This document shows positions 40,096-51,688 of a stretch of DNA of 64,000 bases, in pieces. Both the position numbers and the translations under genes were made by a program. The notes beneath the pieces were generated by a model. That model saw nothing but the letters and a program-made list of their open reading frames with translations, did no database searches and was not told the origin of the DNA. Positions within the stretch are counted from its first letter, which is position 1; the number at the start of each line of letters is the position of its first letter. This stretch comes from Lingula anatina (taxonomy: Eukaryota > Animalia > Brachiopoda), in contig CM120643.1 in NCBI GenBank assembly GCA_051362555.1, positions 2,790,001-2,854,000 on the forward strand, in the 5' to 3' direction.

Positions 40096-41636
40096 TTAAT
40101 TAATGCAGACTATTTTACTTCCCCGCGGCCAGTGCATTTTTCCTTTTGAAAAAACGGCTCCAACAAAACCGCTTGAACGAATAATTCTGTGAGCGTAAAT
40201 TACTCCCAACATGTAAGCACTTTCCTTTGTTGTCCGAAAAAGGTTCTTTCACTTCTAAAAGATCCTCCTTGGCGCCTGAACTCATAGCTACCTACTCAAA
40301 ATCCTTTGCTTTTATTATAAATTTTATTTACTTTTTTTTTTTTTTTTTTTTGCTAAAGTCTGTTTTAACCGCAAGACACTATTGGTATGTTATTGATTGT
40401 TATTTGTAGCTTGTGTCGCCCTTTTCCCAATACTTGCTTACCGGCCCCGCCATCTTAATTTTTGATGAGTAATTTGAAATCTTAATGCCATTGCTAGGAA
40501 ATGTTTTTAGTGTTTGTGCTGCGTTAAAAGACAGCCGCCACCAGAAAAAGTAAAATTAATCAAATCGGCACTTCATAACTCTCGTTGCAGCAGTTGGTCA
40601 CTTTGTTTCAAATTTTTCTCCCAAACAATAAATTTTGACAAATATCCACTCGTAATAAAATGAACTGAGAAAGATCTCCATGTCATTTCACCATACAGTA
40701 ACCCAGTGGACGGTATACATTCAGAGTAATAGTCCTTCAGTATGTTAATGGCTTATTCAATATGAAGGAGGAACCTTACATGTAGACGATCATCACAACA
40801 ATTACCGAAGTCTCCTTATTACAGTGTAGATATCTATGATACCAGCGATGTCACGGACTGGGGTGGGGGGGGGGGGGTGGGGGGGGGGGGGGAGGGGGAG
40901 CATGAACAGGAAGAACATGGGTGGATCAGAAAAGTGGCGTTTCTTTCGGTTGCGCGTCGACAGGAAAGTTTTTCTCTTTCCGGGTAACATCGGTATGTAA
41001 AGAAAACAATAGGATGAGATATTTACAGGTTTGAGTTTCAAAAATCAAAATAATTACACGAAGGACAATTAACCAATTAGTAACTGCACTTTGATGCAAA
41101 ATTAGAGCTCGACAACGAAGTGAGCTTAACTGAACTCTGACGGCGTAGAGATACATATCAACGACCTGATTACCGACAGTATGCAGGATATGCTGATTAT
41201 ATTATGGTGATGCATTTTTTTCTTCCGCTAACGCTCTGCTGGAGCGTTCCCAGTTTCAAGCACACATTTCTACAAGTGCCTATGCATGGAATCTTGAGAG
41301 AAACCTTCACAGAAAATAATTTTAGGGGGGAGGAAGTTGTACGCCTACGCCCTTGAAATCATTCGACTAAAAGCCGTCTTTATTAATGGAATAGTCGCAC
41401 AGGAAACCAGTTACTGTATTATACACGTACTTGGATGATAGAAGAAAGAAACTCGAATTCGCACTGTATCTTAACATACGTGTACGTACTGAGGTGAGAG
41501 GCGTAAGAAACTACCAGTTTTATCAGGACTTCATCAAAGTTGTGATTGAATATGAAACCAGTAAAGTTCATCTGAGGTGAAAAGGGCGAAACAAGTATTC
41601 CCCAAAAACCTGTTAAATGCAAATGTTGGTGAAGAA

Positions 41637-41688
41637 ATGGAAGCCAGGTTTAAGTCCTTCATCTCGATCTACGCCATTCTGCTTCCAG
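41637..41688 (+). CDS. Distal alternative (or relic) first coding exon of the nAChR gene; signal peptide MEARFKSFISIYAILLP
   Basis: 52 nt, phase 1, CAG|GTGAGT donor. Paralogous to 46247-46298, including the flanks. Confidence 0.6.
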
Positions 41689-42634
41689 GTGAGTGACGCG
41701 ATGTTGTCTCGAAAAGAATCAGGTTGATCAAAACGAACATGGGGAAAATGAAAGAAGAGATTTTTAAATTTGAGTTAAAACGCCCCGAAATGCCGTTAAC
41801 GCCCACGTTATACACGTAATACCATGTAGACTTTTTGAAAAAGAAGTTACTGAAGCCATTCTTGTATCGGATAAGTTACCCATTCAACTTCAGCGTTGTA
41901 AATACGTGTTACTGAATGAGAATATATTCTGGAATATTCTGGAGAAATTTTATATATCATGATTTTAAAATATAGGATATAGTGTCTGAACCAGTGGTGT
42001 TCATTTAGTCGGGAAGCAACAGAAACCACATTAATTTTGGTGGATGAATCTATTATGAAGGCTATCTGGACGTTTAATGTACCACTTGAAAATTATGTAC
42101 CTGGCAATGTTCAGATTTATTTCTTCACCTCAAATAAAAGTAATTGTCCAATCTACCATTGAACGAATTAATGTCCCACATCACCTAAATGTGTCTTGAA
42201 AGTGTATCGGTATACGACTTCCGGGTATCCAACAATTTGGGCAGAAAGCACTTGATTTGAATCATTCATCAGTTTATAGAAAGTGGCCCGCTGATGGTGA
42301 CAATGATGATGACAATAAGGTAGAACAGCAATTACGACATGTTTAAACCTCGTGGTCACAACGTTACCGCTACATTACACTCCCAAACCCAATATAGAAG
42401 TGCATTTCACATGCTGAAATATCAAATACTAAATAAATGAATAAAATTGAATGTATTCGAAGCTGTGTTCAATTTTTAAAACATATGTATGTATAGAACA
42501 AAAGTCCACGGCTATCTCAATTCTACATCTACTTTTAATTTCCACCATGTCTATATATTATGTATGTAATGAGCATTCTGTATATGTATATGGTTCACAA
42601 CGCCGTAGCAACGTCGTAGCCAATTACTGTAGTT

Positions 42635-44394
42635 CCGGTGTAACATGAAAATCTGACTCCCATGAAAATGTGACTCCCCAGTCAGATTTTCATTATGAAA
42701 ATGTGACTCCCCAGTCAGATTTTCATAATGAAAATCTGACTCCCCCCATGAAAATTTGACTCCCCCTCCACAAAACTTCATACATCTTATTTTATTTGAG
42801 TATATGACTGTGATCTTGTAGTATGTAAAATGGATGATACGTTGGCACATTTTTTGTAGTTTGCAGTGAAAATTCAAATGAAAAAATAAGAAAAATAAAA
42901 AATGTGCACTTAATGAAAATCTGACTCCCCCGTGAAAATTTGACTCCCCCATCATAAAACTTCATAAATCTTATTTTATTTTGGGTATATGACTGTAATC
43001 TTGTAGTATGTAAAAAGGAGGATAGATTGGCACATTTTTTTGTAGTTTGCAGTGAAAATTTTAATGAAAAAATGAGAAAATTAAAAATGTGCACATAATG
43101 AAAATCTGACTCCCCCATGAAAATATTACTCCCCCTCCACAAAACTTCATAAATCTTCTTTTATTTTGAGTATATGACTGTGATCTTGTAGTATGGAAAA
43201 TGGATGATACATTGGCACATTTTTCGTAGTTTGCAGTGAAAATTTTAATGAAAAAATAAGAAAATTGAAAATGTGCACATGGTTAAAAAATTGAGAGAAA
43301 AAAAGTAATAAAACACAGAAAAGGTGTTGAAATGATCATCAAATATTAAATAACTTTTTCATAGGGGAGACAATAGGCGATTAAGTGGACATTTTTAATT
43401 TTCTTATTTTTTCATGAAAATTTTCACCTGCAAATTACAAAAAAGCGCCAATGTATCCTCCATTTCACATACTACAAAATCACAATCACATACTCAAAAT
43501 AAAATAAGATTTATGAAGTTTTGTGGAGGGGCAGTCATATTTTCATGGGGGAGTCAGATTTTCATTATTTGCTCATTTTTAATTTTCTTACTTTTTCACA
43601 TAATTTTTCACCTGCAAACTACAAAAAATGTGCCAATCTATCCTCCTTTTTACATACTACAAGATCACAGTCATATACTCAAAATAAAATAAGATTTATG
43701 AAGTTTTGTGGAGGGGGTGTCAAATTTTCATGGAGGAGTCAGATTTTCATTATGTGCACATTTTTAATTTTCTTATTTTTTCATTTGAATTTTCACTGCA
43801 AACTACAAAAAATGTGCCAATGTATCAACTATTTTACTTACTACAAGATCACAGACATATACCCAAAATAAAATAAGATTTATGAAGTTTTATGATGGGG
43901 GAGTCAAATTTTCATGGGGGAGTCAGATTTTCATTATATGCTCATTTTTAATTTTCTTATTATTTCATTAAAATTTTCACTGCAAACTACAGAAAATGTG
44001 CCAATGTATCAACCATTTTACATTCTACAAGATCACAGTCATATACTAAATTAATTAGAGATTAATGAATGTTTTTTTGTAGGGGGGTCAAATTTTCATA
44101 GGGGAACCACATTTTCATTATGTGCACATTTTTAATTTTTCTTTTTTTTATGAAAATTTTCACCTGCAAACTACAAAAAAGTGCCAATGTATCATCCATT
44201 ATGCATACTACAAAATCATAGTCATTTACTCAAATAAAATGAGATTAATGAATGTTTTTTTGGGGGGGAGTCAAAATTTCATAGGGGGAGTCAGATTTTC
44301 ATTATGAAAATCTGACTGGGGAGTCAGATTTTCATAATGAAAATGTGACTGGGGAGTCACATTTAAGGGGAGTCAGATTTTCATGGTACACCGG
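42635..44394. mobile_element. 1.76-kb foldback-type element with modular inverted arms
   Basis: Ends CCGGTGTAACATGAAAATCTGACTCC...GGAGTCAGATTTTCATGGTACACCGG. Left arm has 3 and right arm 5 inverted units of about 185 bp around an about 100-bp spacer (about 43281-43385). No transposase ORF. Confidence 0.9.
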
Positions 44395-45034
44395 CGTGGT
44401 TTGCTTGCCGCAGTTAGGATTGCTTGATAACGAGCGGATTGAGTAGCATCAGAGCCAAGTACAGGCTGATAATTTTACTCCCTCCTCTCAAGCTCGTTTT
44501 GGCAAATATAAAGACGGCTCCAATAAAACCGCAGAACCGAGTGAATACTTTTGTTAACTGAAATAAACACTTCCCACACAAAAATACTTTCTTTTGTAAT
44601 CTAGAAAAAGGTTCTGTCATTTATGGGGTTTCCTCTTTATTTGCCCTTTGTTTAACGTGTTTAGGCACCTCAACTCAGAGACACCCTGCCAAAATTCCTG
44701 GTCTTTTTTACAGTCGAATGTCGTAGCTTCTATACACTGCTGACATGATCATTATTGAAATTAGTCGCTTATGCCCCCCCCCTTTTTTATTTGAAAAGGC
44801 GTGTAATAAGCAGACCCGCCGTCGCAATTTTTAAAATAGAAAATTGAAATAAAATTGGAATTCCAAATACAATTGCTTGGAAATGTTTTGGTCTTGTGAA
44901 AAGACGAACATTATTACAATGTCCATGACAGATTGAAAACAGTCATTTCATTTGATGTGCGATAACACGGTAGTAACCAGACAAAGTAAAATAAATCTAC
45001 TTGGCACTGCATAACTCCCCTGATGCAGTATAAG

Positions 45035-45950
45035 TCGCTTCATTTTAATTTCACTGCCCACCAGTGCAATCTAAAAAAAATCGCTCGTTATACAACGAAC
45101 TAAGAGAGACGTCCATGCCATGACTTAGTGCAAAGAATACGTCTTGACAAGCCGATACCAATTATTTTACGTAACAATACAGCCACAACGCGTGACTCTG
45201 CCAAGAAGAAAAAATTAGATTTATGCGGCCAAATGTTCATTAGCACAACGAAGCTCTGCTTTTGCTCAAGGGTAAATAAGATAAAGCCCATATGACTGAA
45301 AACCGTCATTTATGAATAACGAAAAATAATAAGATACAAAGTGACAAAAATGGGGGGATAATCATACTCCCTCATACTATATAAGAGCTATAATATAAAA
45401 TTAAGAAAGATTAATTAAGAAAGATATTGGAACAATTGGAGAAAAAAGTTGGCACAAGTTCACATTGACGAGCATCTTATTTTTTTTCTGTTGGAAGACC
45501 GTCAAACATGAAGGATGGAACGACAAAGATAATTTAAAAGACTATCTCTGGATCCGCCCGTGCAAAACAACGATTACAATTGCTATAAATCAGATGAATG
45601 GAAAAAAGGCTCGATATTTTATTGAGAAATATGTTTTACAAGTAATATTGGTCATTATCGGATCAATCTTGAAATTCCAGGTACGATTAAACGTGGCACA
45701 ACAATAATCAAAAGAAAATAAGTTCTTAAATAATAAAAGTATGTTATTATTATTATTATTATTATCAACTCGGCGCTGCGTAGCTCCTTCGATGCAGCCT
45801 ACTTCACTTCATTATAATGTCCCTCCCCTGCAGCACAATCTAAAAAAATCCACTTGTTATACAACGAACTAAGAAAGATATTCCTGTCATGACTCAACAC
45901 AAAGAATACGTCGCAACAAAAAAAGGTTGACACAAACTCTTTCACGTAAC
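45035..45950 (+). repeat. Diverged local duplication (about 45035-45180 and 45805-45950)
   Basis: Shared CAATCTAAAAAAA, GTTATACAACGAACTAAGA, CATGACT, CAAAGAATACGTC and TTT(A/CA)CGTAACA. Confidence 0.8.
45464..45562 (-). mobile_element. Partial family C element
   Basis: GGAAGACCGTCAAA...CAAAGATAATTT...TCTGGATCCGCCCGTG. Confidence 0.7.
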
Positions 45951-46246
45951 AGGATTCTATGTTTGTGCAGCTACAATGCGTCGCAATATCAAGAAGAATA
46001 AATAAAACCATTGGTCTTAAGACGCTTTTATTGAAGAAACAGTCGTATAGGAAACTCTCAATACATAATACTGGGGGAATAGAAGAAAGAAACCCAAAGT
46101 GTAGCTTATTGTACGATTACGTACACAGGTGATGGGTGTAAGAATCTCCTAACTTAACCAGGAATTCACCAGAATCGTGACTACATAGGAAACTAGTTAC
46201 ACTGAAAGTTAACTGAGGTTTAAGGGCTAGACAAACATCCCGAGAA

Positions 46247-49200
46247 ATGGAAGCAAAGGTGTCGTCCTTTCTCGCCGGCTGCGTCGTCTTACTTCAAGGT
46301 GAGTGCCGTGCACGGAGTTGTATGGAAGAGCATCTGGTTGATAAAAATGAACATCAGGAAATGAGTGAAGAGAGAATCATTTTAAATCCGGTTAAGTGAC
46401 ATTTCTAGTCAGAAATTTAAAAGTCCCAGTACATGTATGGCGCAGATGACTGTTAGTACGTAATAACATTGGGTATATATGTTACTGACGCGATTGTTGT
46501 ATTGCATAAGTGAATTATTGTGTGTAACCTCTACGCTGCAACAAACGTGATACTTAATGACAAAAATGCGACGGTAAGAAACCCGAAGCACGACGATACA
46601 TCAAAACGCTAAAAGACAACATGACCCACCAGATATTGTACCACAATCCTTGCCATAACCTTGGTCATATTACATATAATGGGGGGCAATGTATACCTCA
46701 TAACTCTGTAATTTGTAGCTTAGCGGTGACGGGTGCCTGTTATAACCAGAGCAGGGTTAGAAGAGGTCCACAAGGTATCTTATTATGTGAAGTACACTAT
46801 ATATGGGGGGGGGGGGGGGTATGAAGTAAGAGTAACGTCTTAACAGTTAGCTGACAAAGGTCTAACACTGATTACCTCCACTTGCACAGCAGTCTATTGG
46901 CAGTAAAAAGATGTCTGGAACCGCTCAAATTTACCAATGAATTAATATTACAAACAGATTCGAAATACAAACACCGCTGTATACGTAAAGGTTGGACAAC
47001 GCGTTACACGACGTATTCTGAAGAATTATAAACCATAAACAAAGACATTACGTGAAATCACCGAAAATGCTTGTGAATTTTTATATGCTCCCCCCTCCCC
47101 TCCGACAAAGAGGAGCATGCTATACTTAGATATACGGGAGGGTTTTACTATCTTTTCTTTAATGTTTCAAAAATACAGTCATAACGAAAACTAACAACGA
47201 AACGTTGAAATAAGTTAATGAATCTAATGTAAACGGGCACACGTTGTTAGAGCTACAGATTTTAGTACTCCGATTGTGCTTATGTACTACAAAGCAACAA
47301 CAGTACAGTATACGTGCTTTTGACAAAATTTCTGTTGACTTCACTGCACTTGAAAGAATATATTAGCATGTAAATGCATAATGTTAAAAGGTCGAATTCT
47401 TATTAAACCCGTTTAAGCAGGTACAATGTATATAATGCTACAGATTATACGCGCTTTTTGGAGGCTTTCTTGTCGTGTTCAGCACTAAGAACGGGTTTTT
47501 GTTTAGATTAGTGTGACTCAAATTGTCATAAAGATTATAATAATAATAATATATTTACTACTACCTCTATGTTAGTCTGTTTAATATGCATAAAATAGGA
47601 AAACGCGTCTTGGAAATATATAAAATCTCCGTCTACTTACACCCATTTGAAAAGAAAGTCTTAAGTGGCAAATGTAACGTGTATTCCAATACTTCTTTAT
47701 GTCAAGTTAAAGGTAAATCTAATACCCTCCCGACAAAAATTTAATTTCACTCTTTATTTTAATCTTCCGAACAAATAACGCACTTAACTTGCAAAATGTT
47801 TGTTTTGCGATTACGTATATTTTCGATTGTGCAGTGAACTTGGTAAAGACATTTCATGTAATTCTAGTGAAATGTACACAGTGATTGCGTACTGTAACCA
47901 AGTATTTTAACAAAGGTATTGTTTGTGTTTCTTCATTGTCGAAGGAGTCGACGGTTCAGGTGACTTCACCATGGGACTCTGTAGGAATGTTACAAGACTG
48001 TAAATCTATAAAATTCCTATTTGGAACCCTGTTGTATTTTGGGCCAATTTTCTAAAGGTCCCTACAGGAAATTTTAGAAAGGGCAGCGTGATCTAAAGCT
48101 ATGACAATAATCGGTCGGGTTGATAAGACGACGACATCATATTTTTCCACGACACCTCAGTCTTTTCAAAACGGCATATGAAGCATAAATTTGTACAGCT
48201 CTATTTGTACAGTCCTATTGAATGACAAGGGGTCTGGACATGATTAGATCAGCCCCCTGTCTTTCAAAATCAGAGTGGCTCCCGTGTCAAACCCCCCCCC
48301 CCCCCCAACATACACACACTCCCAGACATTATGATCCGCCCATAGCTTCTGAGCTGTAAACACACAGAACCTTGTGAAAAGTTGCCAATATCTACCCCCC
48401 CCCCCCCACCTCCCCCCGCTTTCGGTTTCTGAAAAAATCTCACCAATATTCCCTTCTTGAAATTATACTTTTGAATAGCTGAATCATGGTTCTCAACCGT
48501 ACCCAATGGCACCGTTTGCCCTTCTAACACCAAAAATTTACGTGGCCCTTTAGCGGGCTACAAACCCCACGCCAAGAGGGGCGAGGGTCGGTTTCGCATC
48601 CAGGGCCTCTCATTCGTAAAAAAAACCCGGACCCTCCGCTTTCAAATATTCCTGAATCCGCCCCTTATACTTTCTTTATAAATTTCACTTCAGCTACCAC
48701 GTGGTGCCTGGGCAAGTCCATGGAAACTCAGCTATCAGAGGATCTCCTGTCTAACTACAGTGCCACGGCCAGACCAGTGACGAACGCTTCACACCCCGTC
48801 CTGCTGCGGGTCGGGTTCGCCTTGAACCAAATCATTGACCTGGTGAGGCACAGACAGTTACCAATTAGTGTGGTGTCTATCTTAGAGGGCAGACAGAACA
48901 GCGCGCAGACTAACAGATCCATGGATCAAATATGGCGACCCACTAAAAAGCTTGCTGCTTACATCCCGCTTAGACACTGGAGAGATACCCGGCAGGGATT
49001 ACGCAACAAGCATTCAAGTGGGTCGGCCATATTTGATCCATGGATCTGTTAGTCAGCTGTTCTGGCTGTGTTCTTATATGTAATTAACTGTATAAATAAT
49101 AATTATTATTATGCATACTTATAGTCGTGACGCTGGTAAACAACCTGAGTTTAAAGACGCATCACTTCCTAGTTCGGCTTTAATACAGGACGTAAGGATT

Positions 49201-50471
49201 AATCGCTCAAATAATTTCAGGATGAAAAAAGCCAAGTTATGCTAAGCAGCGTGTGGTTGAGGCTTGTAAGTATCGATTTCAAGTGGAACCTATAAAAAAC
49301 TTTAAAACAAAATAAAGCTAAAAATTGGAGAAAAAAACACATCTTTTGAATAGCAAAAGATGGTCATGTGTAACTCACACTACCGAAAACGTAACAGTTC
49401 TTCCTTAAATGGTAAATACAACGCCAAATTTTATATGACAGGAAAGGACCATCGATGTTCAAGTATTCTAATAATTTTTATAATTAAATTTTCTTTAGCT
49501 TTGGACAGATGAGTTTCTCCAGTGGAACTCAAGCAATTACCAGGGATTATCGGAAATACGGATTTCTACTGCCGAAATATGGATGCCTGATCTTACGCTT
49601 TACAACGAGTAAGTTTTTTTTAAATCTGAAATATTATTGAAAAAAGGATAAGTGTAATTTTTATTAAGGAATAATTAAAAAAAAAAGTGTTATTGTAAAA
49701 AGAGATTATGGTAAACAAAGACTGCTGTTGGTAAACAACATTAAGATACAGTGCACATGTATATGCCTATGGCGGAGAACAAGCAGGCACGGAGAAGAAG
49801 CGATCTTCTCCGTGGGCGACCAGCTTTTGTGATGTCAGTCTACTCTATCCCTATCATTCTTCAGCGTCCGCGAAGAGGAGCGGGGTTTGGACCAATACAA
49901 AGTCACCGTGTATCCAAATGGCGCCGTCTACTGGTTAACGCCCAACATTCTGAAAACCTACTGTAAGCTGGACGTCACCTATTTCCCGTACGACCAACAA
50001 GTTTGTCCGTTCAAGTTCGGTTCATGGAGTTACCACGGATTCCAACTGGATGTGACAAATCGAACCGCCTCAGGCGACACATCAAGTTTCGTTGACAACG
50101 GTGAATGGGAACTCGTGGACATCCCAGTGCGCCGCCATGTTGTCATGTACGGGTGCTGCCCAGAGCCATACCCGGATGTAACCTTCTACATCGTTATAAG
50201 GCGGCGATCTCTGTATTATATCTTCAACATAGTGCTTCCCTGTGTGCTGATTAGTTCTATAGCTCTGGTAGTGTTCTACTTGCCCCCGGAATCCGGCGAG
50301 AAGATTGCCCTGGTGATAACCGTTCTTCTCGCGCTCACGGTCTTCATGCTGTTGATAGCAGAGATCATGCCGCCCCAGTCGGAAGTTGTGCCGCTGATTG
50401 GTGAGATTTCGTTCCGAAATTTTGAATGATATTTTGCTTCAGACGTGTTATTAATTAATTAATTAATTAAT

Positions 50472-50518
<47 letters not shown>

Positions 50519-51688
50519 TTAACCTTTGCAGTCTGGGCGTCCCTCTAATTCATAAACAGACTCAAATGTATGTTTATACTGTATCTGTTGAAAGGATTTT
50601 AATTAGACTACTGTATTGTAATTACACCTGTTTTGATAAAATTGCAAACCTATTTGTGTGAACATGTTTATGGAAACCTTGTTCTGAAGAAATAAGCTAT
50701 ATGTTACCAAAAGGTGCAACATTTATTTTGCCCAAATCTATGACATTGAAAAACCGGGTGCAAATTTGTCGATGGCAGTTGGGTCTTATAAGTTTTTAAA
50801 GGCACAGATTACACCACATATTATTTTTTATTTTCTTGTATTTAGGCCAAGTTACTATATTAAACATATATCTTCTCTTTCAGGCCAGTACTTCATTGGT
50901 GCCATTGTATTGCTGTCTTTATCTACGGCCTTGACAGTGTACGTGATGACCCTGTACCACAGTGGCAACCATGCAAGACCAGTACCGGGATGGCTAAGAA
51001 AGGTGGCTTTCCGCTGGCTGGCAACCATATTATGCATGAGAGCGACGGTGAAAAGAAAAGCACGGGTAAGTGAACTGAAATTGACAAATAATTTTTGTTT
51101 ATGGGGTTGGTATAAATTTTTAAGAAAGTCTCTTCATTTAGATTCCAAGAATTTTGTATGCATGGGTAAAAAGCACAACCTTTTTTCTGCTGCACATGCA
51201 CGCTTAAATCTACATTTAAACACTTGTCATTTTGGTTTTTTTAAATCTACACCGCTTTTTTTGTTTATTTTGGTAACAAATAGGTTCACCCGGCGACAAG
51301 TGAGAAAAAGGATCAGCCGCACAACGACAAGGAGACAAGCAACACAACGCAAACTTCTGTCTGGACCGCTAGTAACAATGCCAACGACCATAGCCAGACG
51401 ACGCCTTTTTCAAAAACAAGGGATGAAAAAATCACTGACGACAATGTCACACATACAAAAGGAGACGCTGAAGAAACAAACACGCTTCTGAGGAAAATTT
51501 TACACCATTTTAGTGCCTTGGCGACCTCCATGGCCGATCATAAGGCACACGAAAGCATTGAGACGGAATGGCATATCGTGGCAAAAATTATTGACAGGCT
51601 TTTACTGGTACTATTTTTCATCATGACTGTGACGCTGAATCTGTTTTTCTTGTGTTTCCGTCCCAGTTATGAGTATTCCGTAGACTGA
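46247..51688 (+). CDS. Nicotinic acetylcholine receptor alpha-type subunit (alpha9/alpha10-like), 492 aa; exons 46247-46298, 48694-48842, 49221-49265, 49499-49608, 49865-50400, 50884-51065, 51284-51688
   Basis: GT-AG joins in frame (1479 nt). Signal peptide; WMPDLTLYN (loop A); Cys-loop CKLDVTYFPYDQQVC; FGSWSY (loop B); YGCCPEPY vicinal Cys (loop C); M1-M3 with PPESGEK; EWHIVAKIIDR followed by M4. The subfamily call is from motif resemblance only. Confidence 0.95.
48390..48666. mobile_element. Family D element with a degenerate left end
   Basis: CTTTCGGTTTCTGAAAAAA, ACCGTACCCAATGGCACC and ...GAATCCGCCCCT are shared with the 56783 copy. Confidence 0.75.
48883..49075 (+). mobile_element. Family B MITE in nAChR intron 2
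   Basis: GACTAACAGATCCATGGATCAAATATGGC...GCCATATTTGATCCATGGATCTGTTAGTC. Confidence 0.85.
50448..50522. repeat. (TTAA)n(TTTA)n microsatellite
   Basis: Read directly. Confidence 0.95.

Noticed and set aside
42645-42760. Short regularly spaced palindromic repeats resembling a CRISPR array
   Set aside because: No unique spacers, no cas genes, eukaryotic context; these are TIR subrepeats.
42551-44307. Cluster of 60-134 aa ORFs with repeated peptides (GESDFH, KFCGGG)
   Set aside because: They are translations of the 185-bp units of the foldback element, with no protein motif or splice logic.
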